From Eubacteriales bacterium (GTDB taxonomy: Bacteria > Bacillota > Clostridia > Oscillospirales > CAG-272), in the NCBI GenBank assembly GCA_045646755.1, contig JAZRLJ010000012.1:1-36589 (forward strand): 36,589 bases of DNA. The letters run 5' to 3'. Each line of letters opens with the position of its first letter. Position 1 is the stretch's first letter. Shown in pieces: positions 21,951 through 31,605 of this stretch. The notes under the pieces were generated by a model. It did no database searches and was not told where the DNA came from. It saw only the letters and a list, made by a program, of their open reading frames with translations. A program made the translations under genes and the position numbers.

Positions 21951-22481
21951 ATGAAAGTAAAATTCGACACAGCAAAAATACCGGGCTTTGAAAATCTGAC
22001 GGAAGAGCAGAAGCAGGCAATAGCAGGGTACGAGTTAGACGTTCCCGAACCCGATATGAGCGGATACGTAAAGAAAGACGTATTTGATAAGAAAGCTTCT
22101 GAAGCAGCAGACCTTGCAAAACAGCTCAAGTCGAAGATGTCTGAAGCAGAAATAGCTGAAGCATCACGAAATGAAGAGTTTGAATCAATGAAAACAGAGT
22201 TGAATTCGTTGCGCAGAGACAAAACAGTCTCAGCATACAAAGCAAAGTATCTCGAACTTGGATATGATGCGGAGCTTGCAGGGGCAACGGCAATAGCAAT
22301 GGCAGACGGCAAAACAGATGTCGTTTTTGAAAATCAGAAGATATTCAACGAAATGCAGAAGAAAAACATTGAATCTGCGGCACTCGGAAGACAACCGGGA
22401 TTATCTACCGGAACTACACCGACAGCACAGAACGCAGAACAGCAACTGACATCAGACCTGCGTCGCTACGCAGGCTTATAA
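21951..22481 (+). CDS. Scaffolding protein
   Basis: 176 aa, acidic and helical, immediately upstream of the capsid gene. AAAGGAG SD. Confidence 0.7.
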   Translation: MKVKFDTAKIPGFENLTEEQKQAIAGYELDVPEPDMSGYVKKDVFDKKASEAADLAKQLKSKMSEAEIAEASRNEEFESMKTELNSLRRDKTVSAYKAKYLELGYDAELAGATAIAMADGKTDVVFENQKIFNEMQKKNIESAALGRQPGLSTGTTPTAQNAEQQLTSDLRRYAGL

Positions 22482-22508
22482 AAAAACATTTAAAAGGAGA
22501 ATAGCATT

Positions 22509-23405
22509 ATGGCAAACACAGCAACAGGATACACAAACTCAATAGCACTTGCAGAAAGATTTCTGCCTATACTTGATGAAGTGTACAAGAGAGAGTCAAT
22601 TACTTCAAGACTCGATATGGCAAACGAAAGAGTCCGCTTTATAGGTGCAAACACCGTTCAGCTTTACAAGACACAGATGGGTGGTCTTGGTGCATACAGC
22701 AGAAACAACGGATTCCTTACAGGAGATGCACAGGGCACATGGGAGCCTCTTACTCTCACTCAGGACAGAGGTCGTTCCTTTATGGTAGACGTTATGGACA
22801 ACGACGAAACGCTCGGTATGGCATTCGGCACACTTGCAGGTGAGTTTATCAGAACTCAGGTAGTCCCCGAACTTGACGCATACAGATTCTCAACATATGC
22901 AAGCAACGCAGGGCTGACAGCATCAAAGACACTTGCAACAGGCGACAACGTTGCAGATTTTATTGATACAGCAGAAGCTGCAATGGGCGACGCAGAAGTT
23001 CCCGTTGAAGGAAGAATGCTTTTCGTTTCCGAAGCAGCATACAAGCAGCTTAAGGGTAACATTACTCGTTATCTTGCAAATGAGTCCGGTGTAAACCGCA
23101 ACGTTGAAATGTACAACGGAATGGAAGTTATCAGAGTTCCGCAGGGCAGATTCAATACTGCAATTACAGTAAATGATGCTCCTACCGGTTACAGCGCAGG
23201 CTTTACTGCAACAGGCAAGGCAATAAACTTTATGATAGTTCATCCTTCCGCAGTTGTTCAGGTTGTTAAGCACGTTATCCCGAGAATCTTCTCACCCGAA
23301 GTTAACCAGCTTGCAGATGCATGGAAGCTTGACTATCGTATCTATCACGATGCTTTCGTTGAGGATAACAAGGTTAACGGCATCTACCTCCACTCCGCAG
23401 TATAA
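22509..23405 (+). CDS. Major capsid protein
   Basis: 298 aa with an AAAGGAG SD. Position follows the scaffold gene. The call rests on synteny and composition. Confidence 0.75.
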   Translation: MANTATGYTNSIALAERFLPILDEVYKRESITSRLDMANERVRFIGANTVQLYKTQMGGLGAYSRNNGFLTGDAQGTWEPLTLTQDRGRSFMVDVMDNDETLGMAFGTLAGEFIRTQVVPELDAYRFSTYASNAGLTASKTLATGDNVADFIDTAEAAMGDAEVPVEGRMLFVSEAAYKQLKGNITRYLANESGVNRNVEMYNGMEVIRVPQGRFNTAITVNDAPTGYSAGFTATGKAINFMIVHPSAVVQVVKHVIPRIFSPEVNQLADAWKLDYRIYHDAFVEDNKVNGIYLHSAV

Positions 23406-23567
23406 TAAATGATTAAACGAATAGACGGAGGCTTTTTTGTAGGGCGAGAGTCCGATTTTAAAGAAAAAAAGCCTATCGAACATACAGAAACTAAAGAGAC
23501 CTTAACCGAAGGAAAGGTCTCTGAAAAGAAACCTACAGTTAAGAAATAAAAGGAGGTACACGGGAAA

Positions 23568-23873
23568 ATGGATTTAATCGCTACAACACTAACCCTTATA
23601 GGAGATAGCACGATTGATAGTTCCATCATCACCGTGTACCTTTCTCTTGCTTCAAAGAGGATATTACAGAGGCTTTATCCGTTTGATAGCACACAGACAA
23701 CACTTCCTTCTGAATATGAATATATGCAATGCGAGCTTGCTTCAAGAATGTATCTGAGGCGAGGCGCTGAAGGGGAGATGTCTCACAGCGAAAACGGAAT
23801 ATCGAGAAGTTACGGAACAGTAAACGACGAGGACATCTTGTCACAAATAGTTCCATTTGTGCAGGTGATGTAA
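23568..23873 (+). CDS. Head-tail connector (gp6-like) protein
   Basis: 101 aa, first gene after the capsid gene, with an AAGGAGG SD. Confidence 0.6.
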   Translation: MDLIATTLTLIGDSTIDSSIITVYLSLASKRILQRLYPFDSTQTTLPSEYEYMQCELASRMYLRRGAEGEMSHSENGISRSYGTVNDEDILSQIVPFVQVM

Positions 23874-24235
23874 TGAAATGTCTTGACAGAAACAAACAGA
23901 CCTTTTATTACGCTCTCTATGAGGGTAAAACTCCGTTAAGAGACGAATATGGCAATCTTACGGGTGAATATTCGGTGAATTATTCAGAGCCACAGAGCGC
24001 AAAAATGAACGTCTCAGCCTCAAGGGGAACAGCCGACACAGAGCTATTCGGTATTACGGCTAACTACACTAAAACGATAGTTACCGAAGATATGAGCTGT
24101 CCGATAGATGAAAATTCTATCTTATGGATAGGTATATCCCCTCAAAATGGCGCTTCCTATAATTATTCTGTAGTTCAAGTCGCAAAAAGCCTCAACAGTA
24201 TCACTTATGCGATTCGGGAGGTTGAAGTCTCGTGA
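23873..24235 (+). CDS. Head-tail joining/head closure protein
   Basis: 120 aa. Its start overlaps the upstream stop (TAATG). Called by position. Confidence 0.55.
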   Translation: MKCLDRNKQTFYYALYEGKTPLRDEYGNLTGEYSVNYSEPQSAKMNVSASRGTADTELFGITANYTKTIVTEDMSCPIDENSILWIGISPQNGASYNYSVVQVAKSLNSITYAIREVEVS

Positions 24236-24738
24236 AAACGCTGTCATTTCAGCTCAGCCAGCAATCGATAACACAGGCAATAAAAGAACTCAACGAGTAT
24301 GTGCAATGGGTTGAAAGCAAGAAAAAGCTACTATTATCCAAACTCGGACAAATAGGATATGCCAACGCACAGATAGGCTTTGCAAATGCACCATATAACG
24401 GAATTCCCGGCGTTTCAAACATAAATGTATCCTATATCGACGATGGGAACAAATTCGTTATAAAAGCAAACGGCAAAGCGGTCTGTTTTATCGAATTCGG
24501 AGCAGGCGTTTTTTATAATTCCAATGCATCTTATCCTGAAAAAAGACCTAAAGGTATAGTCGGAATCGGTGAATACGGAAGCGGCAAGGGAAAAAGGAAT
24601 GCGTGGGGTTATTACGATGACGAAACAGGCGAATTGAAAATAACAAGAGGTACAGTAGCATCAATGCCGCTGTATAAATCAAAGCAAGAGATGATACGGC
24701 AATTTCAGAGCATAGCAAGGGAGGTATTCTCGCAATGA
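24232..24738 (+). CDS. Neck/tail-completion protein
   Basis: 168 aa, 4-nt overlaps with both neighbours. Called by position. Confidence 0.5.
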   Translation: MKTLSFQLSQQSITQAIKELNEYVQWVESKKKLLLSKLGQIGYANAQIGFANAPYNGIPGVSNINVSYIDDGNKFVIKANGKAVCFIEFGAGVFYNSNASYPEKRPKGIVGIGEYGSGKGKRNAWGYYDDETGELKITRGTVASMPLYKSKQEMIRQFQSIAREVFSQ

Positions 24739-25145
24739 TAGACATAGAAAATATAGTTTTTACAGCAGTATCAAATGCAGTCAAAGCAGAGTATCCGAAT
24801 GCGGCGATATACGGTGAATACGTAGAAGCACCCGCAGACTTCCCTTGTGTTTGCATATCTGAAGATGATAACTACAGTTACGGATTGACACAAGACAACG
24901 CTCTTGAAGATAACAACGTCGGAGTTATGTATTCGGTCAACATATTTACCAGCAATCAAGTAGGTAAAAAAACCGAGGCAAAAAAGATAGCAAAGATAGT
25001 TGATAGTGTGTTGCTTGGCTTTAAAATGTCTCGAACGGCTTTGCTCCCCGTGCCGAACGCAGACACCACTATATATCGCATCACCGGAAGGTATACGGCG
25101 GTTATAGGAAGATACGGGGACGGAAATTATCAAATGTATAGATAA
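24735..25145 (+). CDS. Tail terminator/completion protein
   Basis: 136 aa, immediately upstream of the major tail gene. Called by position. Confidence 0.5.
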   Translation: MIDIENIVFTAVSNAVKAEYPNAAIYGEYVEAPADFPCVCISEDDNYSYGLTQDNALEDNNVGVMYSVNIFTSNQVGKKTEAKKIAKIVDSVLLGFKMSRTALLPVPNADTTIYRITGRYTAVIGRYGDGNYQMYR

Positions 25146-25160
25146 AGGAGAGATACAAAT

Positions 25161-25616
25161 ATGGCAAACGAGATCAGCACAGCCGGTATTGAGTTGCTTT
25201 ATGCTTCAAATAACGGTACAAATACGCCTCCGACATCAGGTTGGGCAAAAATAGACAACATCAAAAGCATACCTGAGTTCAATGCAGAGCCTTCAAATCT
25301 TGAGGTAACAGACCTTAGCGACACCGTATGGAGAAGATATATCCCCGGACTCAGAGACCCCGGCGGAGCACTTGCATTCAATGCTAACTTCACAAGTTCA
25401 TTTAAGAGCGAATGGGAAACAATGATTGAGGCAGCTAACGGTAGCACGCTTTGGTATGCTGTAAACGTTCCCGGCTTTGGAGCATTTACGTTTACAGGGG
25501 AACCTACAGAGCTTGGACTTCCTTCAGCAGACGTTGACGCACCCTTTGAGGGTAGCGTATATATAGTTCCTAACACCATTCACGGATGGGGAACAAACGT
25601 TGCTGCAGACGCTTAA
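25161..25616 (+). CDS. Major tail protein
   Basis: 151 aa with an AAAGGAG SD. It precedes the chaperone pair and the tape measure gene. Confidence 0.7.
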   Translation: MANEISTAGIELLYASNNGTNTPPTSGWAKIDNIKSIPEFNAEPSNLEVTDLSDTVWRRYIPGLRDPGGALAFNANFTSSFKSEWETMIEAANGSTLWYAVNVPGFGAFTFTGEPTELGLPSADVDAPFEGSVYIVPNTIHGWGTNVAADA

Positions 25617-25653
25617 TTAAATAAATACATAGAACGAGAAGGAGATTGATATT

Positions 25654-26025
25654 ATGGCAAAGAAAGAGATTAACGAGACGGTAAAGCCTATCACAATAAG
25701 AAACAACGAGATCGGCGCTACATACACACTTGAATTCACAAGAGAGTCTGTCAGATTCGCAGAAATGCGAGGATTTGACATCGACGACGTATCAAGATAC
25801 CCGATGCTTAAAGTTCCCGAATTGTTCTTCTATGCTTTCAGAACACATCATAAGAACGTATCGAGAGAAAAGACAGACAAGATCCTCTTTGACGAATTGA
25901 AGGGTATGCCCGACGGAATGCTTGAAAGACTTATCTTGCTTTACGGCAAGCCTTTTGAGTCGTTGTCGCAGAGTGATGAAACAGACGGTGAGGAAAAAAA
26001 CTCACGAATGACGGTGGAGTTTTAA
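25654..26025 (+). CDS. Tail assembly chaperone (gpG-like)
   Basis: 123 aa and acidic, upstream of the tape measure gene. It contains the slippery site near its 3' end. Confidence 0.75.
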   Translation: MAKKEINETVKPITIRNNEIGATYTLEFTRESVRFAEMRGFDIDDVSRYPMLKVPELFFYAFRTHHKNVSREKTDKILFDELKGMPDGMLERLILLYGKPFESLSQSDETDGEEKNSRMTVEF

Positions 26026-26414
26026 TTCAAACACGCCGTCCCACTTATACAGAAATATTTGAGAGAGCCTTCCCTTACTATCTGTCTATCGGAATGACGG
26101 CAGAGCAGTATTGGGAGGGCGCTCCCGAACTTGCAAAAGCATACAGAGAAGCGGACAAGTTAAAGCTTGAACGCAAAAATTATGAATTATGGCTACAAGG
26201 CGTTTATATATATAATGCATTCGGAACAGTCGTATCTAATGCGTTTGGCAAAAAAGGGCGCACCAAAGCCAAGTATCTTGATAAGCCTATCCGTGTAACA
26301 CCTCTCACCGAAGAAGAAAAACGGATAGAAGCAGAAAGAGCAAAACGCAGCGTAATTAACACGCTAAATAATTTCAAAAAAATGTGGGATAGAAAACAAC
26401 AGAAAGGGGAGTAA
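25654..26414 (+). CDS. Tail assembly chaperone G-T fusion made by a -1 programmed frameshift
   Basis: The -1 frame is open from 25992 through the annotated 26094-26414 ORF. The heptamer A_AAA_AAC at 25995-26001 is in the correct phase. Confidence 0.65.
25995..26001 (+). promoter_or_regulatory. -1 ribosomal frameshift slippery heptamer A_AAA_AAC
   Basis: Zero-frame codons are GAA AAA AAC (25993-26001). After a -1 shift the reading frame continues AAA AAA CTC ACG... to 26414. Confidence 0.65.
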
Positions 26415-26417
26415 TGA

Positions 26418-29240
26418 ATGGCAACAGGCAACAGCGCAAGCATTGACTCTCTCGAATTAGATATACAATATAAAGCTACTAAAGCGGCAAGTCAAATAAA
26501 TAAGCTGGCAAAGGCATTAACCAACCTCAAAGAAGCTGCTTCGGGAGCTGAACTCGGACAAGTGTCTGAGGCGTTAAAAAACGCAGGCTCAAGCTCGGAT
26601 AAAGCAACAAGCTCTATAAGCAAATTTAAAAAAGCCTTAACTTTAGGCGGCACTTTGTACTCAATGAAGCGAGCCTACAACATGGTTAAGGAATGGGTAA
26701 ATCTCTCAATGGACTACATAGAAAACGTAAACCTTTTTACAGTTTCTATGGGTAAATTTGCTGACGAGGCAAAGGAATATGCAGAGGCAGTAAGTGAGGC
26801 AATGGGAATAGACCCGTCCGAATGGATGCGAAATCAGGGTGTCTTTATGACACTTGCTACCGGTTTTGGTATTGTTTCGGACAGAGCCTATATAATGTCT
26901 AAAAATCTTACTCAGCTAGGCTATGATATTTCGTCATTCTTCAATATTGATTATGCGGAAGCTATGCAGAAGCTACAGTCGGGTATTGCAGGTGAAATTG
27001 AGCCTCTTCGTAGACTTGGTTACGATATATCACAGGCAAAGCTCGAAGCAACGGCACTTTCTCTCGGCATTAATAAGCTCGTCAAAGATATGACTCAGGC
27101 TGAAAAAGCTGAACTGCGTTATTATGCTATTATGTCTCAGGTTACAACGGTACAGGGAGATATGGCAAGAACGCTCGAACAGCCTGCTAACCAAATGAGA
27201 ATATTAAAAGCGCAGATCACACAGACGGCACGTGCTATAGGTAATGTATTTATACCTATATTAAACGCCGTAATTCCCTATATCATTGCGTTTTTCAGAG
27301 TATTACGAGATGCTGCAGATATGCTTGCTGACCTCGTAGGCTTTGAGATGCCCGAAGTTGATTATGAGGACAATACGTTCGGTGAAATTTCTTCCGATAT
27401 GGACGATGCAACCGAAAGCGCTAAGAAGCTTAACAAACAGCTTGCAAGCTTTGATGAGATAAACAATATCACAATATCGGATAGCATTGAAACTAACAAT
27501 GGCATAGGCTCAGGCTTTGACTTTGAGCTTCCCGAATATGATTTTATCGGAGATGCTATTGAGGGTAAGGTTGACGTAGTTTATGGTCAGATGAAAGATA
27601 TTGCAGAGTTTGCTCTTGTATTTATATCGGCATTTACAGGAATAAAATTACTCCAAGGGATAGATGATATTGCTAAATCATTAAGTGGGCTTGCTACTAA
27701 TGCAATCAATAGTAAACTGCTTCCGGCTTTAGTAGGTGGGTTTGGACTTGCTTGGGGATTTAACCAAGTTAAATCCGCAGCCCGTAATTTTGCTTCGTAC
27801 ATGAGTGGGAACGGTCCATTGGGTTCTTCCCTTTATGAACTTGTAGGCGGTGTTGCAATTACTTCTGTTTCGGGAGCAATAATTGGTGGTTCTTTAGGTG
27901 GGTTGGCAGTAGGTGGTCCAGTTGGCGCTGTTATAGGCGGCATTCTTGGTATTGGTACAGCTATTGCGACAATTATTAATGATACCAAAAAATACAAAAT
28001 GGAAAATTTGTTGTCCCAGTTTTTTAGAGATACAGGTACGGATGTCGGATACTTATTTGAGAAAATAAGTGAGCTGTATGAGCCTTACAAAGAATATTTA
28101 GCAGATCAAGAAAATTTAAATGAAGAAGTTAAAACAGCAGCTGAAAAAGTCAACACATATCGTGACAGTGTTGATCAAATGCTTGAAAGTCTATCTCAAA
28201 GAGAGGAAATAAGTTCAAAAGATGTAGAAGACTTAGCTCAGGCGATAGACGATTTATATCAAGCGTCAATAACCTTAGATGTTGCAGAAACTAAAAGCGT
28301 AATGAGTTCGTTTGGACAAGCAATAAAATTAGGCATTGAACCCGGAAGGCAAGCCATTGAAGATATGCTAAATCAATACACATTGGCAAAAGAACTTCTT
28401 GGTGATGCAAAATGGCAAGATAATGCACGTGCTAAACAAATTCTCGAGAGTGCTAAACAAAGGGGATACTTTACAGAAGCAGAAAGCGCAGAAATTAAAG
28501 AAATAACCACAAGACTCGGAGCGGGCAACATACAACGCCAAGTAACAGGCAACATTGAAGTGCAACGGCTTATTGATAATGCAGCTGTAAATGGTCTGAA
28601 AGGCGACTGGGAGTCTGTCGAAGCAGATTTAAAAGAAGCTAAAAACGCAATTTCAGATTTTAGAGATGAGTTAACTTACTACGCAGATAAACAAATTGCG
28701 ATATATAAGGCTGACTACGCAGACTTAGAGGCTTATGGACTGTCTAAAGGTGTTGCAACGCCCGAAGAATATTCCAAAATAATATATAATAGTGTAAACG
28801 AAATGCTGAACGATGTTGCAAAAGAATATTCACCAGCTTTAGAAGTTATCAGAGATGCAATAGGAGAATATAGGTGGGATTATTCTGTAAACAGAGACAT
28901 TGGCTTTTTTGAAGATATTTGGTATTTTCTTGAAGGCATGGCAACGTTTACCCCTCATCAGGATGTTATTGATAATGCAGTTGCAAAAGAAATTTGGGGG
29001 CAAGTTGGAGGCATTATTACAGCACAAACTGAACTGGAAAATTTGCTTAGTACCGATCTTGTATCTTCGGTTGCTGAAGGGGTGTCAACCGCATTAGGAA
29101 ATCAAGGAGATGTTTCCATTAACGCTACAGTAGATGAAGGCGTTCTCTTTACCGCTATAGTAAACAAAAATGCTGAAGTAGTTTCAGCCACAGGAGAATC
29201 TCCGTTTATAACAAACAGACTTACAAGATACGCACAATAA
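26418..29240 (+). CDS. Tail tape measure protein (TP901-type core)
   Basis: 940 aa. The core reads AMGIDPSEWMRNQGVFMTLATGFG...LGYDISSFFN...QSGIAGEIEPLRRLGYDIS. A Gly-rich/TM central segment and long coiled-coils follow. Confidence 0.9.
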   Translation: MATGNSASIDSLELDIQYKATKAASQINKLAKALTNLKEAASGAELGQVSEALKNAGSSSDKATSSISKFKKALTLGGTLYSMKRAYNMVKEWVNLSMDYIENVNLFTVSMGKFADEAKEYAEAVSEAMGIDPSEWMRNQGVFMTLATGFGIVSDRAYIMSKNLTQLGYDISSFFNIDYAEAMQKLQSGIAGEIEPLRRLGYDISQAKLEATALSLGINKLVKDMTQAEKAELRYYAIMSQVTTVQGDMARTLEQPANQMRILKAQITQTARAIGNVFIPILNAVIPYIIAFFRVLRDAADMLADLVGFEMPEVDYEDNTFGEISSDMDDATESAKKLNKQLASFDEINNITISDSIETNNGIGSGFDFELPEYDFIGDAIEGKVDVVYGQMKDIAEFALVFISAFTGIKLLQGIDDIAKSLSGLATNAINSKLLPALVGGFGLAWGFNQVKSAARNFASYMSGNGPLGSSLYELVGGVAITSVSGAIIGGSLGGLAVGGPVGAVIGGILGIGTAIATIINDTKKYKMENLLSQFFRDTGTDVGYLFEKISELYEPYKEYLADQENLNEEVKTAAEKVNTYRDSVDQMLESLSQREEISSKDVEDLAQAIDDLYQASITLDVAETKSVMSSFGQAIKLGIEPGRQAIEDMLNQYTLAKELLGDAKWQDNARAKQILESAKQRGYFTEAESAEIKEITTRLGAGNIQRQVTGNIEVQRLIDNAAVNGLKGDWESVEADLKEAKNAISDFRDELTYYADKQIAIYKADYADLEAYGLSKGVATPEEYSKIIYNSVNEMLNDVAKEYSPALEVIRDAIGEYRWDYSVNRDIGFFEDIWYFLEGMATFTPHQDVIDNAVAKEIWGQVGGIITAQTELENLLSTDLVSSVAEGVSTALGNQGDVSINATVDEGVLFTAIVNKNAEVVSATGESPFITNRLTRYAQ

Positions 29241-29252
29241 ACGAGGTAACAA

Positions 29253-29666
29253 ATGGCATACAACGGAACGTTATTAATATTTGGCGGTGAAGGTGGTACG
29301 CCATTACCGAAAACATACATCCGAGTGGAGTCGTACAAAGCAACACCGGATCAGCGGCAGGATCTTAACTCCTATGTAGATGCTAACGGGTATCTACATA
29401 GGAATGCCCTGCCACACACACGTACCAAAGTCGAATGGGAAACACCGTATCTGACCAACACGCAGGTAGCGGAGATGAACAACATCTTTCGCAACGCAAT
29501 GACAAATACTACCGAGCGCAAGGTTACGGTTTACTATTACGACAACGAAACAGACAGTTATAAATCGGGAGAATTTTATATGCCTGACGCACAGTACACC
29601 ATATACAATGCAGACGACAGAAGAATTCTTTACGCTCCGATCAGATTCGCATTGATAGAATATTAA
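29253..29666 (+). CDS. Tail component (distal tail-like)
   Basis: 137 aa, directly after the tape measure gene. Confidence 0.55.
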   Translation: MAYNGTLLIFGGEGGTPLPKTYIRVESYKATPDQRQDLNSYVDANGYLHRNALPHTRTKVEWETPYLTNTQVAEMNNIFRNAMTNTTERKVTVYYYDNETDSYKSGEFYMPDAQYTIYNADDRRILYAPIRFALIEY

Positions 29667-29685
29667 CGGAAGGAGGGGTGCGGTA

Positions 29686-31593
29686 GTGCTTTCTGAATTA
29701 CTTACTGCAATAAGCGCAACAACCAATTTGTCAGGTGCGTCTGTTACGCTTGATTCTGCAGTATTCAATGCAAAAATGGGTAGTGGTTTAACAGTAGGGA
29801 CTGTAATGTTCCAATATAGTCTTTTGCAGGCTGGGTGGTCTTGGACATTAGGGAATAACCCAATAACGCTATCTGAATATGGATTAACATTTGACGGGAC
29901 TCCTCAGTATTCAACAATCATTACAGTTACAGTTGTTGACCAATGGAATGAAATTAAAGAAGCGTTAAAATCAGACAACACATTTAAATATTATCACATA
30001 TATACTACGCTGAATGACTATCTGTACCCTTCCGATAATTTATACCCTTCTAATACTCTTTATCCCGGTATCAGCAGTTCCAGTATGCTTGTTATTGAAA
30101 ATGATGAGCTTATTCAGGAATCGTGCAAATATACCGCATCAATAGCGGACGTAGGAAACGTTCAGATAGGAAAATGTAATGCGGCAAGATTCGAGTTCAA
30201 AACGTTTGCAAACGTCACCAACGAGGCTATCGGACAACGAATAAGAGTTACAATGTCTGTCGGTAATTATCAGGCAGAAATACCTATAGGCGTTTTCAAT
30301 ATCACCGAGGTACAAAGAACAGATATATCCGAAGTTGTCAAGGTCGTTGCATACGATGATTTTGTAAAACTCGATCAGGACGTTGCAGGGTGGTATAACA
30401 AACAATTTGCATATCTCGGCACTTTTGAAGATGTAAATGCAGAGGGATGTTCAATATATTGGGATCCTAACGCTCCACAGTACGCTTCAAAATATGCAAA
30501 TGCACCGCAAAGCGGAAACATGCTTATTAATTATAAGGTAAGTTTTGGAGGTCAGCCGTTAGAAGTAGCTGGAATGACGCTTAATATTTATCTTTCAGGA
30601 ATAAGAGAAGACATGCTTCTTACTGACTCTATATCGGAAGTAAGGGTTTTGCTAACAGATAAAAACGGCGAGACATATGCTTATCCTTTATTTATAAATT
30701 TGCAATACGGCGGAACCCGATTAGTAGATATTGACTCATCTTACTTTCCAAACAACATTTTACAAAACATAGTTTCTGTTGGACTGCAGATTACATGCCG
30801 TCCTTTAGATCCTAATATACCCAATGCTTATATGAATGTTTCTGCAAAGATAGAAACAGTCATGCTTACAACCGATTTAAATACATCAACAACGCAATGG
30901 ACTGTAGGTTTTTTTTCAAGTCTTTGTCAAGAAATTAATATTCCGTTTGTGCCTGTTAATTCGGTAGCAAACTACGAGAATTTGGGGAATATTGCAAGGA
31001 CTATGATACCAACAGCTCTAACAGCAAGGAGCATATTAGAACAGTATTGCATAGCAAATGGAGTGTTTGCTATTATTGACAGATATGGCAACCCTAAATT
31101 TATCCAACTAAACACAACAGCAGAAGAAGACCTAACGAACGATGATGGGATAGCAATAATAAAAAAAACAAGAGCTGAGTCGTTTGATACAATCGAAAAT
31201 GCATCTGTGTATATAATAAGCGGAGAATATGTACAGACATACCCCGAATTAATAACTGAGCGTGAGGCAGGTACAGTAATAAAAAACAATATGTTTATAG
31301 ATTCTATTCAAGATAAGAGTAAATTGTCTTCTGTTTCTGAAAACATCTCAAAACAAATAAATGATCCAGAACTTAGAATATCCTCCGCATATACTCCTGC
31401 AACAGTAGAATGCCGAGGACTGCCTTATCTTGACTTGTGCGATAAAGTAAAGGTCAACGTTAAGATAGGTAATGACAAGCAGGCAATAACAACAAGAGTT
31501 ATAAATCGCACTATGAACGGCATACAGGGTCTTATGGATACCATAAAAGGCACCGGAACGTACAATACAAAGAACATACAGAGTAATAATTAA
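29686..31593 (+). CDS. Tail tip/baseplate-associated protein
   Basis: 635 aa with a GTG start after GGAAGGAGGGG. Positioned between the tape measure and the fibre gene. Contains the micro-repeat YLYPSDNLYPSNTLYPG. Confidence 0.65.
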   Translation: MLSELLTAISATTNLSGASVTLDSAVFNAKMGSGLTVGTVMFQYSLLQAGWSWTLGNNPITLSEYGLTFDGTPQYSTIITVTVVDQWNEIKEALKSDNTFKYYHIYTTLNDYLYPSDNLYPSNTLYPGISSSSMLVIENDELIQESCKYTASIADVGNVQIGKCNAARFEFKTFANVTNEAIGQRIRVTMSVGNYQAEIPIGVFNITEVQRTDISEVVKVVAYDDFVKLDQDVAGWYNKQFAYLGTFEDVNAEGCSIYWDPNAPQYASKYANAPQSGNMLINYKVSFGGQPLEVAGMTLNIYLSGIREDMLLTDSISEVRVLLTDKNGETYAYPLFINLQYGGTRLVDIDSSYFPNNILQNIVSVGLQITCRPLDPNIPNAYMNVSAKIETVMLTTDLNTSTTQWTVGFFSSLCQEINIPFVPVNSVANYENLGNIARTMIPTALTARSILEQYCIANGVFAIIDRYGNPKFIQLNTTAEEDLTNDDGIAIIKKTRAESFDTIENASVYIISGEYVQTYPELITEREAGTVIKNNMFIDSIQDKSKLSSVSENISKQINDPELRISSAYTPATVECRGLPYLDLCDKVKVNVKIGNDKQAITTRVINRTMNGIQGLMDTIKGTGTYNTKNIQSNN

Positions 31594-31605
31594 AGGAGTG
31601 ATATT

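Noticed and set aside
21665-22312. Long minus-strand ORFs in the track: 21665-22312, 7854-8474, 15905-16450, 18738-19250, 19476-19919, 31348-31773, 3424-3804 and similar.
   Set aside because: They lie antisense to well-supported genes (scaffold, ThyX-like, recombinase, terL/MPP, tail genes). They lack SD sequences, have Ser/Leu/Cys/Phe-rich compositions typical of shadow frames, and some cross terminators or promoters.
23409-23549. 46-aa ORF (MIKRIDGGFFVGRESDF...) directly after the capsid gene, containing a 9-bp-stem hairpin (23495-23522).
   Set aside because: There is no SD upstream of the ATG and the sequence is Lys/Glu-rich and low-complexity. The hairpin without a T-run may simply be an mRNA-stabilising or partial terminator element after the capsid gene. 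Support is too weak to call either.
30028-30070. The micro-repeat YLYPSDNLYPSNTLYPG in the tail tip protein, considered as a hypervariable or slippage tract.
   Set aside because: There are only three short imperfect units, they are not identical at the DNA level, and the reading frame is intact. It is probably an ordinary beta-structure repeat.
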